NCBI GenBank assembly: GCA_963695225.1
Contig: OY968762.1
Coordinates: forward strand, 1,440,001-1,504,000
Source: Vulcanimicrobiota bacterium
Lineage (GTDB): Bacteria; Vulcanimicrobiota; Vulcanimicrobiia; Vulcanimicrobiales; Vulcanimicrobiaceae
Direction: 5' to 3'
DNA: 64,000 nt
Position numbers and translations under genes: made by a program. The notes under the pieces were generated by a model. The model had not been told where the DNA came from, made no database searches, and was given only the letters and a program-made list of their open reading frames with translations. Below, in pieces: positions 28,690 through 37,430 of this stretch (the stretch's first letter is position 1; the number at the start of each line of letters is the position of its first letter).

Positions 28690-28852
28690 GGCCCGCGTGC
28701 GGGGCGGGGAGACAGGGGGCGTCGAGACCGCTGCTCGTTTTCGCATCCTGCGAAAACGAGCGCTGCACCGCCGCCGGCCTCTCGCCGTCCTTGGCTCCGG
28801 CCGGCGGTCGGAGCTCTCGCCGCCCCCTGTCTCCCCGCCCCGCACGCTACCT
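28690..28852 (-). repeat. Nested-hairpin intergenic repeat, divergent copy 4 (opposite orientation)
   Basis: Perfect 27-bp outer stem 28695-28721/28821-28847; minus-strand flanks AGGTA/GGGCC as in copy 3; inner hairpins GCC-AAGGAC-GGC and GCTCGTTTTCGCA-GGA-TGCGAAAACGAGC. Confidence 0.8.
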
Positions 28853-28877
28853 GCGAACATGCTGTGCAGCGCCCTTG

Positions 28878-29504
28878 CTACAGCCGCGTCAGCGTGCCGT
28901 TGCGGAGGCGGGCGAAGATGCGCGCGGTGAGGTGGGCGGCGGTGCCGCGGCGGGGGCCGGAGGCGAAGGGGCCGGTGAGTTGGGCGCAGCCCCAGACGTG
29001 CGAGTCGTCGGAATCTTCGCGGTCGTCGCCGAGCACGAGGTAGCAGCCGGGCGGGACGGCGTCGGGGCGGGTCCAGAGGACGCGGTCGGGCAGGTTCGCC
29101 GCGTCGGGCGTCAAGCGGACGCCGTCGACGTAGAAGCCGTAATCGTGGATCGCGAACGTGTAGGGCGTCGGGCGGTCGAGGTAGGCTTCGGGGTCGAGCG
29201 CGCCGTCGCGGAACAGGTTGCCGTTCCAGATTTCGAAGCCGTCGCCGGGGAGCGCGACGACGCGCTTGATGTAATCGCGCTGGGCATCGACGGGCGGGCG
29301 GAAGACGATGATCTCGCCGGCGGCGATCGGGCGCGGGTCGAACGCGCCGCGCAGCCCGAAGACGATCTCGTTCTGCTGTAGCGTCGGGCGCATCGAACCG
29401 CTCGGAATCGTGAAGCGGATGATCGCGAAGCGCTCCACGGCGAAGATCGCCGCGGCCAAGAGCAGCGGGAAGAGGAGCAGCGGCCAGGGCCGGCGCGCCG
29501 TCAT
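28878..29504 (-). CDS. lepB: Signal peptidase I (paralogue 3)
   Basis: IPSGSMRPTL, YIKRVVALPGD, LGDDREDSDDS. Confidence 0.88.
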   Translation of the reverse strand: MTARRPWPLLLFPLLLAAAIFAVERFAIIRFTIPSGSMRPTLQQNEIVFGLRGAFDPRPIAAGEIIVFRPPVDAQRDYIKRVVALPGDGFEIWNGNLFRDGALDPEAYLDRPTPYTFAIHDYGFYVDGVRLTPDAANLPDRVLWTRPDAVPPGCYLVLGDDREDSDDSHVWGCAQLTGPFASGPRRGTAAHLTARIFARLRNGTLTRL

Positions 29505-29516
29505 CGCGGCGGCGCG

Positions 29517-30533
29517 CTACTTGCTCATGTAGCGCTTGCGCACTTCGTCGATCGAGACGGCGGCGAGGATCACGGCGCCGAGCACGATTTCCTGCGTGTA
29601 CGACTCGATGTGAAGCAAGTTCATCGCGTTGTAGAGCGCGCCGATCAAGAGCGCGCCGGCGAACGTTCCGGCAATCGTGCCGCGTCCGCCGACGAGGCTC
29701 GTGCCGCCGACCACGACGGCGGCGATCGCTTGTAATTCGTAGCCGAGCCCGGTTTGCGGGGAGCCGCTCGAGAAGCGGGCCATCAGCAAGAGGCCCGCGA
29801 TGCCGGCGCAGGCGCCCGAGATCACGTAGACGAGCGTCTTCACCCGCGCGACGTTGATCCCGGCGAGGCGCGCCGCTTCTTCGTTCCCGCCGAGCGCGTA
29901 GACGTAGCGGCCGAAGCGCGTGCGCGCGAGCAAGGTGCCGAAGAGTAGCGCGATGACCGCCATCCAGATGACGGCGACCGGGATGCCGGGGAAACCCGTC
30001 GAGGCGCGCAGTTGGTCGAAGATGTAACCGGTGCCGGTCAGCGTGAACGCGTCCGTTTCGATGGCGATCGGCGTGCCGTGCGAGATGTTGTAGGCGAGTC
30101 CGCGCGCCATCAGCATCATCGCGAGCGTCGTGATGAACGGCGGCATATTCAATTTCACGACGGGGATCGCGTTGACGAAACCGGCGAGACCGCCGATCGC
30201 GATCCCGACGAGCAGCGTCGCCGCGACCAAGAGCGGACCGCTCAACCCGCTCGAGTTCACGAACAGCGCCATCACGACGCCCGTCAGCGAGACGAGCGAA
30301 CCGATCGAGAGATCGATCCCGGCGGCGATGATCACGAAGGTCTGGCCGATCGCCAGGATCGCATTGTACGTGATCTGCCGCAAGACGTTGATGATGTTGC
30401 CGGGTTCGAGGAGGTGCCCCGAGGTGAACACGTTGAGGATCGCGAGAATGGCGGCAATGCCGCCCGCGATGAGCCCGTAGCGCAGCAAGTGCGAACGCGG
30501 GGCCGGGACGGGCGTCGCGGCGGCTTCGCTCAT
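29517..30533 (-). CDS. Sugar ABC transporter permease (RbsC-like)
   Basis: GIDLSIGS, PPFITTL, GRYVYALGGNEEAARLAGI, YELQAIAAVVVGG. Confidence 0.92.
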   Translation of the reverse strand: MSEAAATPVPAPRSHLLRYGLIAGGIAAILAILNVFTSGHLLEPGNIINVLRQITYNAILAIGQTFVIIAAGIDLSIGSLVSLTGVVMALFVNSSGLSGPLLVAATLLVGIAIGGLAGFVNAIPVVKLNMPPFITTLAMMLMARGLAYNISHGTPIAIETDAFTLTGTGYIFDQLRASTGFPGIPVAVIWMAVIALLFGTLLARTRFGRYVYALGGNEEAARLAGINVARVKTLVYVISGACAGIAGLLLMARFSSGSPQTGLGYELQAIAAVVVGGTSLVGGRGTIAGTFAGALLIGALYNAMNLLHIESYTQEIVLGAVILAAVSIDEVRKRYMSK

Positions 30534-32005
30534 GCGGCGGCTCCCGTCGCGAGCGCGATCACGCGGTCGGGCGAGGCTTCGGAGCGCGGAAGCTCGGCGA
30601 CGATGCGCCCGCCGCGCACGACGCCGACGCGGTGCGACATGCCGAGCACCTCGGGGAGCTCGCTCGAGACCATCACGATCGCCGCACCGTGCCGCAACAG
30701 CTCGAGCATCAGCAAGTAGATCTCGAACTTCGAGCCGACGTCGATGCCGCGCGTCGGCTCGTCGAACAAGAAGACGCGCGCCTCCTTCACGAGCCACTTC
30801 GCGAGCACGACCTTCTGCTGGTTCCCGCCGGAGAGATTGCGCACCGTCTGCTCGGCGCTGGGCGTGCGGATCTTCAATTCTCCGATGAAACGTTGAGTCG
30901 TCGCGGTCTCCTTGGCGCGGTCGATGAAGACGCCCCGCATGAACAGGTCCAGATGGGCGAGCGTCGTGTTCTCGCGGACGCTCATTCCGAGAACGAGCCC
31001 TTGCCGTTTACGATCGTCGGTGATCAGCGCGATTCCCGCCGCGATGCCCTGCCCGGGCGAACGCACCGAGGCATCCCGCCCGCCGATCCGCACGCTGCCG
31101 CTCGCAGCGACGTCGGCGCCCGCGATCGCCCGCACGATCTCCGTGCGCCCCGCCCCGACGAGCCCGGCCAAGCCGAAGATCTCCCCGGCGCGCACGCGCA
31201 GCGAGACGCCGTTGACGGCGGGGCCGCGCACGAGATCGGCCACTTCGAGGACGACCGGGGCATCCGCCGCCACCGGCGGCAGGTCCGGGAAGTGCGCCTC
31301 GAGCGAGCGGCCGACCATCAGGCGGACCATCTCGGCCTCCGGCATCTCGGCGAGCGGGCGCGTATCGATGTTGCGCCCGTCGCGCAGGATCGTGATCCGG
31401 TCTGCGATCTGCGGAAGTTCCTCGAGCCGGTGCGAGATGTAGACGAACGCGACGCCGCGGGCGCGCAGGCGCGAGATCAAGGCGAACAGCCCGTCGATCT
31501 CGCGGGCCGTCAACGCCGCGGTCGGCTCGTCCATGACGATCACCCGCGCCTTGCGCACGAGCGCCTTCGAGATCTCGACGAGTTGCTGCTGCGCGACGGA
31601 GAGGCGTTCCGTCGGGACGCCGACCGGCAGGTTGATGCCGAGTTCGTCGAGCGTCGCCTTGGCGCGCGCGACCGCGGCGGCGCGGTCGAGGAAGAGCCCC
31701 CGCAGCGGCTCGTCTCCGAGCACGATGTTGTCGACGGCGTCGAGCGCCGGGACGAGGTTGAACTCTTGATAGACCATCCCGATGCCGAGCGCTTCGGCGT
31801 GCTTGGGATCGGCGATCGAGACCTTCTTGCCGTCGATGAAGATCTCGCCCGAATCCGCCGGCTGCGCACCGGCCAGGATCTTCATCAGCGTCGATTTCCC
31901 GGCCCCGTTCTCGCCGACGAGGGCGTGCACTTCGCCTTCGCGCACGTCGAACGAGACGCCGTCGAGCGCGCGCACGCCGGGGAACGTCTTCACGATCCCC
32001 GTCAT
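30530..32005 (-). CDS. Sugar ABC transporter ATPase (RbsA-like, tandem ABC domains)
   Basis: GENGAGKST, MDEPT, LSGGNQQKV, DEPTRGID; start uncertain. Confidence 0.92.
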   Translation of the reverse strand: MTGIVKTFPGVRALDGVSFDVREGEVHALVGENGAGKSTLMKILAGAQPADSGEIFIDGKKVSIADPKHAEALGIGMVYQEFNLVPALDAVDNIVLGDEPLRGLFLDRAAAVARAKATLDELGINLPVGVPTERLSVAQQQLVEISKALVRKARVIVMDEPTAALTAREIDGLFALISRLRARGVAFVYISHRLEELPQIADRITILRDGRNIDTRPLAEMPEAEMVRLMVGRSLEAHFPDLPPVAADAPVVLEVADLVRGPAVNGVSLRVRAGEIFGLAGLVGAGRTEIVRAIAGADVAASGSVRIGGRDASVRSPGQGIAAGIALITDDRKRQGLVLGMSVRENTTLAHLDLFMRGVFIDRAKETATTQRFIGELKIRTPSAEQTVRNLSGGNQQKVVLAKWLVKEARVFLFDEPTRGIDVGSKFEIYLLMLELLRHGAAIVMVSSELPEVLGMSHRVGVVRGGRIVAELPRSEASPDRVIALATGAAA

Positions 32006-32021
32006 GCGCAGCCGCTCGCGG

Positions 32022-32969
32022 TTACTTTGCGTCGGCTTTGGTGAACGTTCCAACGGGTACGCTGATCTTCTTTTCCGGCGTCTTGCCGCCGAAGTAATCG
32101 TGGATCGCATCGATCGTCATCGCGCCGATCCGATCGGGGTGCTGGATCGCATCGCCGTAGATTTTGCCGGCTTTGATCGCCGTCTGGGCTTCGGGCGTCG
32201 CGTCGTAACCGACGATCGCGATCTTCCCGGAAAGGCCGGCTGCTTCGACGGCCTTGCTCGCGCCGAGCGCGGAATCGTCGTTGATGCCGAAGATCCCCTT
32301 GAGATCCTTGTGCGCTTGCAGCAGGTCCTCGGTCGCGTTCGAGGATTTCGCGCGCTCGCCGCCGCCGTTCACGCTCTGCACGATCTTCGCGCCGGGGCAT
32401 TCTGTTGCGAGCGCCTGCTTGAAGCCGCGCACGCGATCCTGCACGCTCGTCACCTCCGGTTCGTCGATGATCGCGACCGCGCCCATCTTGTTCGGGAGCG
32501 CCTCGCACATCAACTTCCCGGCCTGCGCCCCACCCTGCACGTTGTCCGAAGCGATGTGCGCCACGACGACACCGTTCGACGACGCGTTCGCGATATCGGC
32601 GGTGAAGACGGGGATCGCCGCGGTATTCGCCTCGACGATCGCGCTGCCGATCGCTTTCGAATCGTACGGCGTCAACACGATCGCGGAGACCTTCTGCGAG
32701 ATGAAGTCCTCGACTTGGCTCTGCTGCTTGGAATTGTCGCGGCTCGCGTCGACGACCGTGACGGTGTACCCGTACTTGGCCGCTTCTTCTTTCATGCCGC
32801 GTTCCATGTCCTGATAAAATTGCGCCTCGCGATTCTGAATCGAAACGCCGATCGTTTTCGCGTTCGCATCGCTTCCGCTCGAGGCGGTCCCCTCGGAGCC
32901 GGACTTGCTGCAGCCCGCGACGGCGCACGCTAAGGCGACGGGAATCAAAACGTAACCAAAAGAGCGCAC
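32022..32969 (-). CDS. Sugar ABC transporter substrate-binding lipoprotein (RbsB-like)
   Basis: Lipobox VAGC, SDNVQGG, RVRGF, NDDSALG, GYDA; GGAGG RBS. Confidence 0.9.
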   Translation of the reverse strand: MRSFGYVLIPVALACAVAGCSKSGSEGTASSGSDANAKTIGVSIQNREAQFYQDMERGMKEEAAKYGYTVTVVDASRDNSKQQSQVEDFISQKVSAIVLTPYDSKAIGSAIVEANTAAIPVFTADIANASSNGVVVAHIASDNVQGGAQAGKLMCEALPNKMGAVAIIDEPEVTSVQDRVRGFKQALATECPGAKIVQSVNGGGERAKSSNATEDLLQAHKDLKGIFGINDDSALGASKAVEAAGLSGKIAIVGYDATPEAQTAIKAGKIYGDAIQHPDRIGAMTIDAIHDYFGGKTPEKKISVPVGTFTKADAK

Positions 32970-32992
32970 GAGCACGTCCTCCAAACCCGGCC

Positions 32993-34192
32993 TCATGCGC
33001 GAACGCGCGCGGAAAGCCCTGCGAGCGCTCGCTCGATCTCCGCAACGAGATCCGCCGGATCTTCGATGCCGACGGACAAACGGAGCGTCCCGTCGCCGAC
33101 GCCGATGCGGCTCCGCGTCTCGGCGGAGAGCGACCGGTGCGAGCTGACCGCGGGATAGGAGATCGTCGTCGCGACCTCTCCGAGGCTGTGGACGATCGGG
33201 ATGCCGCTCAACCCGCGCAAGAAGAGGTCGACGGATTCGGCTCCTCCGTGCAGGTCGAACGCCACGATCCCGCCGGTCCCGCGCGGATAGAGGCGAGCCG
33301 CGAGCGCGCGTTGCGGGTGCTCCGGACGCGAGGGATGGTGAACGGCCGAGACGGCGGCGTCGCTCGCGAGCGCTGCCGCGACGGCCACGGCGTTCGTCGA
33401 ATGCCGCGCCATCCTCAAGGCGAGCGTGCGCAGGCCTCGCAGGGCCAGCCAGGCCTCGAAATGCGGGATCGTCGCCCCGCAGCGCACGAGCGTGGCGCGC
33501 GCCCGCTCGACCAGGTCTGCCCGGCCGGCGAGGACGCCCGCGCCGACGTCGCCGTGCCCGCCGATGTACTTCCCGCAACTGTGGAGCACGAGGTCCGCCC
33601 CACAGTCGACCGGCCGGATGAGGACCGGCGTGGCGAACGTCGCGTCGACGACCGAGACGGCGCCGAATTCCCGCGCCAGGGCGCAGAGCGCCGGAAGATC
33701 GGCTACGTGCATCAACGGATTCGTGAGGGCCTCGAGGTAGAGCACGCCCGGGCGCTCCCGTTCGAGCGCAGTGCGGACGGCGGCGAGATCGCATTGATCC
33801 ACGTAGGCGATTCGCGCGCCGCGCTCTTGATACTCGTTCTCAAGTAGCGCGAAGGTCCCGCCGTAGAGCTCGCCCGTGGCCACGATCGTCCCGCCCGGCG
33901 GCGTATTCGTCCTCAACGCGGCGTCGATCGCCGCCATTCCGCTCGCCGCGCCGACGGCCGCTTGCGCCCCCTCGAGCTCGGCGATCGTCGACTCGAAATG
34001 CGCGCCGTTCGGCCCGCCGTAGCGCCCATAGATGCGTCCTGCCCGCTCGCCGCCGTAGATCGCGGCGACCTCGTCGAGGTCGGCGAATTCGTAGGATGAT
34101 GACTGGTAGAGCGGCGGGCTGGAGGCCGCGTTTTGCGGCAGTGAAAACGTCCCGGATCGCACTGCAGCGGTATCTGGACGGCCATTTTCCAC
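32993..34192 (-). CDS. PLP-dependent trans-sulfuration enzyme (cystathionine gamma-synthase/lyase family)
   Basis: PLYQSSSY, SGMAAI, LYGGT, VDATFATP, HSCGKYIGGHGD, SLGEV, LRLSVGIED. Confidence 0.92.
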   Translation of the reverse strand: MENGRPDTAAVRSGTFSLPQNAASSPPLYQSSSYEFADLDEVAAIYGGERAGRIYGRYGGPNGAHFESTIAELEGAQAAVGAASGMAAIDAALRTNTPPGGTIVATGELYGGTFALLENEYQERGARIAYVDQCDLAAVRTALERERPGVLYLEALTNPLMHVADLPALCALAREFGAVSVVDATFATPVLIRPVDCGADLVLHSCGKYIGGHGDVGAGVLAGRADLVERARATLVRCGATIPHFEAWLALRGLRTLALRMARHSTNAVAVAAALASDAAVSAVHHPSRPEHPQRALAARLYPRGTGGIVAFDLHGGAESVDLFLRGLSGIPIVHSLGEVATTISYPAVSSHRSLSAETRSRIGVGDGTLRLSVGIEDPADLVAEIERALAGLSARVRA

Positions 34193-34207
34193 GTTCGGCT
34201 CCTAGCG

Positions 34208-34251
34208 TTATCCACAGCGGGGCAAAGGCTGCCTGTGTACCTTGTGGAGAA
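34208..34251. promoter_or_regulatory. Inverted pair of DnaA-box-like 9-mers
   Basis: TTATCCACA at 34208 (+) and TTCTCCACA at 34243-34251 (-) between divergent genes. Confidence 0.4.
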
Positions 34252-35014
34252 GTTCGGTCGAAATCACAATTTCTCCGGGGCAAGTGTGGAGCGCTTCAGC
34301 GGACGCGCGAGCGACTATGTGGCGGGCAGGCCGTCGTATCCGAGCGAGGCAATCGACGTGCTGCTCGCCGGGCTCGGCGATCCGGCGGCGCTGAACGTCG
34401 TCGATCTCGGCGCTGGGACGGGTATCTCGGCGCGTTTGCTCGCGGCGCGAGGACCGGCCGTGATTGCCGTTGAGCCGAACGCGGAGATGCGCGAGCGCGC
34501 CGCGCCGTGCGCGGGCGTGAGGTGGCAGGCCGGATCGGCCGAGCGCACCGGCCTGCCGGATGGGTCGAGCGACCTCGTGACGGCCTTCCAGGCGTTTCAT
34601 TGGTTCGAAGCGGCGCTCGCGCTGCGGGAGATCGAGCGCGTTCTCCGCCCCGGCGGGCGCGCGGCGATCGTGTACAACGAACGCGACGAGGACGATCCGT
34701 TCGGCGCCGCTTACGGCGAGCTCGTGCGGCGCTACGCGACCGATGAGACCGAGCGGCGGCGAAAAGCGGGGCGTACCGCCTTCGCGGCTTGGTCCGCGTG
34801 GCGGAGCCTGCGCACGGTCGAGATCGGCAACGCCCAGCGACTGGACCGGGCGGGCCTGCACGCCCGCGCCCGGAGCACGTCCTATCTCCCGAACGAAGGC
34901 GCGGCAAGCGCCGAATTGCACGCCGCCATCGACGCGCTCTTCGACGAATACGCGCACGGCGCGAGCGTGACGATGCGCCTGAACACGACTCTCAGCATCG
35001 CGGAGGTCGCCTGA
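34235..35014 (+). CDS. Class I SAM-dependent methyltransferase
   Basis: Y..GRPSYP, VDLGAGTG, AVEPN..M, QAFHWF; true start may be further downstream. Confidence 0.9.
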   Translation: MYLVEKFGRNHNFSGASVERFSGRASDYVAGRPSYPSEAIDVLLAGLGDPAALNVVDLGAGTGISARLLAARGPAVIAVEPNAEMRERAAPCAGVRWQAGSAERTGLPDGSSDLVTAFQAFHWFEAALALREIERVLRPGGRAAIVYNERDEDDPFGAAYGELVRRYATDETERRRKAGRTAFAAWSAWRSLRTVEIGNAQRLDRAGLHARARSTSYLPNEGAASAELHAAIDALFDEYAHGASVTMRLNTTLSIAEVA

Positions 35015-35068
35015 ACCTAGCGAAGCGCGGCTCCGGTCGCAATGAGCGAACGGGGAGGATTCTCGTTC

Positions 35069-36601
35069 GTGCTCGCTCTCGCTCACGCGGCCGCCATGCT
35101 GGGGATCGACGGCTACATCGTCCGCGTCGAGGCAGATAGTTCGGCGGGGACGCCCTCGTTTTCGATCATCGGGTTACCGGATCGCGCGCTCGGCGAATCG
35201 CGCGATCGCGTCCGCAGCGCAATCTTCAATTCCGGCTTCCCGTTCCCGGCGGGGAAGCTGCTGGTGAATCTCGCACCGGCGGAGATCCGAAAGGAGGGCC
35301 CGGCCTTCGATCTCGCGATCGCGCTCGCGCTGCTCGCGATCGACGAGCACGTCGACCGGCTCGCGCTCGCCGAACACGTTGCGCTCGGCGAACTCGCACT
35401 CGACGGAACGCTTGCGCCCGTCCGCGGCATCTTGCCGATGGTTCTCGGCGCGCGCAGCGGCGGGTTCAAAAAGCTGATCGTCCCGCGCGCGAACGCGCGC
35501 GAATCCGCGCTCGTCGACGGCCTCGAGATCTACGCCGTCGAGACGCTCGCCGACGCGGTCGCCGTGATCCTCGGCAAAGGCGCGAAGTTTCGCTGGATCG
35601 ATCCGCCGCAGCCGTATCGCGCGCGGCCCGAAACCTCCGGCGATTTCGCCGACGTCCGCGGGCAGCTCGGCTCGAAGCGCGCGCTCGAGATCGCGGCGGC
35701 GGGCGGGCACAACGTGCTCCTGATCGGCCCACCCGGCTGCGGCAAGACGATGCTGGCGCGCCGGCTCCCGTCGATCCTGCCGGCGATGTCGCTCGAGGAA
35801 GCTCTCGAAGTCACGAAGATTGCGAGCGTCGCCGGGCAACTCGGGGCCGGCGCGGGGATCGCGGCGGTCCGCCCCTTTCGCGCGCCTCACCATACGATAA
35901 GTCAAATCGCGCTCGTCGGCGGAGGTGCCGTTCCCAAGCCGGGAGAGATCAGTCTCGCCCATAACGGTCTGCTCTTCTTGGACGAGCTCCCCGAGTTCGG
36001 CCGGAGCGCGATCGAAACGATGCGCCAGCCGCTCGAATCCGGCTCGGTCACGATTTCGCGCGCCGCCGGTTCGTTCACGTATCCCGCCCGCTTCATGCTC
36101 GTCGTCTCGATGAACCCCTGCCCGTGCGGATTTCGCGGTACGCGGACGCACGATTGCCGCTGCGACGACGCGACGGTCGCGCGCTACCTCTCGAAGATCT
36201 CGGGCCCGCTGCTCGACCGCATCGACCTGCACGTCGAACTCGCGCGGCTCGATTTCGACGAGATCGTCGGGCGCGAACGGGGCGAGCCTTCGGCCGCGAT
36301 CCGGGCGCGCGTCGAAGCCGCACGCGAGCGCCAAATCGCCCGCTATCGCGGCAGCGGCGTCTTCACGAACGCGGCGCTCCCCGACAACCAAGTGAGGAGC
36401 GTCTGCGCGCTCGGCGCGGAAGCGACCGCGGTCCTGCGCGCGGCCGCTGCGCGTGGCACGCTCTCTGCACGCGCGCTCGACCGCATCGCGCGCGTCGCCC
36501 GCACGATCGCCGATCTCGCCGGGGCCGGCGAAATCGGGACCGAGCATATCAGCGAGGCGATCGCCTACCGAACGCTCGAACGGCGCGGGCTCGCGGCGTA
36601 A
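35069..36601 (+). CDS. comM: YifB/ComM Mg-chelatase-like AAA+ ATPase
   Basis: GLPD...ESRDRV, NLAPA..RKEG..FDL, GPPGCGKT, RAPHH, LDELPEF, NPCPCG, SGPLLDRID. Confidence 0.93.
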   Translation: MLALAHAAAMLGIDGYIVRVEADSSAGTPSFSIIGLPDRALGESRDRVRSAIFNSGFPFPAGKLLVNLAPAEIRKEGPAFDLAIALALLAIDEHVDRLALAEHVALGELALDGTLAPVRGILPMVLGARSGGFKKLIVPRANARESALVDGLEIYAVETLADAVAVILGKGAKFRWIDPPQPYRARPETSGDFADVRGQLGSKRALEIAAAGGHNVLLIGPPGCGKTMLARRLPSILPAMSLEEALEVTKIASVAGQLGAGAGIAAVRPFRAPHHTISQIALVGGGAVPKPGEISLAHNGLLFLDELPEFGRSAIETMRQPLESGSVTISRAAGSFTYPARFMLVVSMNPCPCGFRGTRTHDCRCDDATVARYLSKISGPLLDRIDLHVELARLDFDEIVGRERGEPSAAIRARVEAARERQIARYRGSGVFTNAALPDNQVRSVCALGAEATAVLRAAAARGTLSARALDRIARVARTIADLAGAGEIGTEHISEAIAYRTLERRGLAA

Positions 36602-36641
36602 GCGCTGCGGCGGCGTCTGCGGCGACGACGTTAGCTGAACG

Positions 36642-37331
36642 TCATCGAGCTTCGCCTGCCACCGGACTCGCATGGCCTTGCGGCCTCGTTCCGCGCTCCA
36701 TCGCGGGGGCGAGCGATCCTTGCGAGTTCGAGCGCTCGATCGCAAGCGCGGCGAAGCGGAGGATCTCATCCTCCGAAGCGAACGGGAGTCGCTCCGCGAC
36801 GGCGAGCTTCGCGATGCCGTGAACGAGCGACCAGGCCGCAAGCGCGCGTTGCAGCGGATCCTCGTCGGCGAAAAAGCCGTCGCGCCGGCACTCCTCGATG
36901 AACCGGACGAGCGTGCCGAATGCGGCGCGGCCGGCCTCGGCGCACTCGGAATACCGGTCGTTCGGAAACGGCACGTCGAACATCACCGTAAAGTGCTCCG
37001 GTCGCCGTAATGCGAACGCGACGTAGGCCAAGCCGGAATGCTCGAGCCTGTCGAGCGAGGCCGTCTGCGACTCCGCCGCGTCGAGCATCGCCTGCGTCAA
37101 TTCGCGGAAACCTTGCTCCGCCAGCGCCGCCATCAGCTCTCCCTTGTCGCGGAAATGGCGGTACGGCGCATTGTGCGATACGCCGGCTCGCCGGGCGACT
37201 TCGCGCAAGGTGAAACCGGCCGGCCCCAGCTCGGCAACCAGACGGCTCGCCGCCTCCAACAAGGCCACGCGAAGATTGCCGTGGTGGTATGGCCGCCGGT
37301 CGCGCTGCGAAATCCGTCCCTGCTTCTCCAT
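36642..37331 (-). CDS. TetR-family transcriptional regulator (WHG-type C-terminus)
   Basis: YHHGNLR, TLREVARRAGVSHNAPYRHF, WSLVHG. Confidence 0.93.
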   Translation of the reverse strand: MEKQGRISQRDRRPYHHGNLRVALLEAASRLVAELGPAGFTLREVARRAGVSHNAPYRHFRDKGELMAALAEQGFRELTQAMLDAAESQTASLDRLEHSGLAYVAFALRRPEHFTVMFDVPFPNDRYSECAEAGRAAFGTLVRFIEECRRDGFFADEDPLQRALAAWSLVHGIAKLAVAERLPFASEDEILRFAALAIERSNSQGSLAPAMERGTRPQGHASPVAGEAR

Positions 37332-37353
37332 CCGAATGTGACAGTACCAGGGA

Positions 37354-37372
37354 ATGTTGACAAACGCAACAT
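37354..37372. promoter_or_regulatory. Putative TetR operator overlapping a -35 box
   Basis: Palindrome ATGTTG-ACAAACG-CAACAT containing TTGACA, between the divergent tetR and oxidoreductase genes. Confidence 0.6.
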
Positions 37373-37430
37373 CATGCCGTACCGTCGGTGTGGACACCGC
37401 CCACATTCAACGCCGAAAGAGAGGCTGGCC

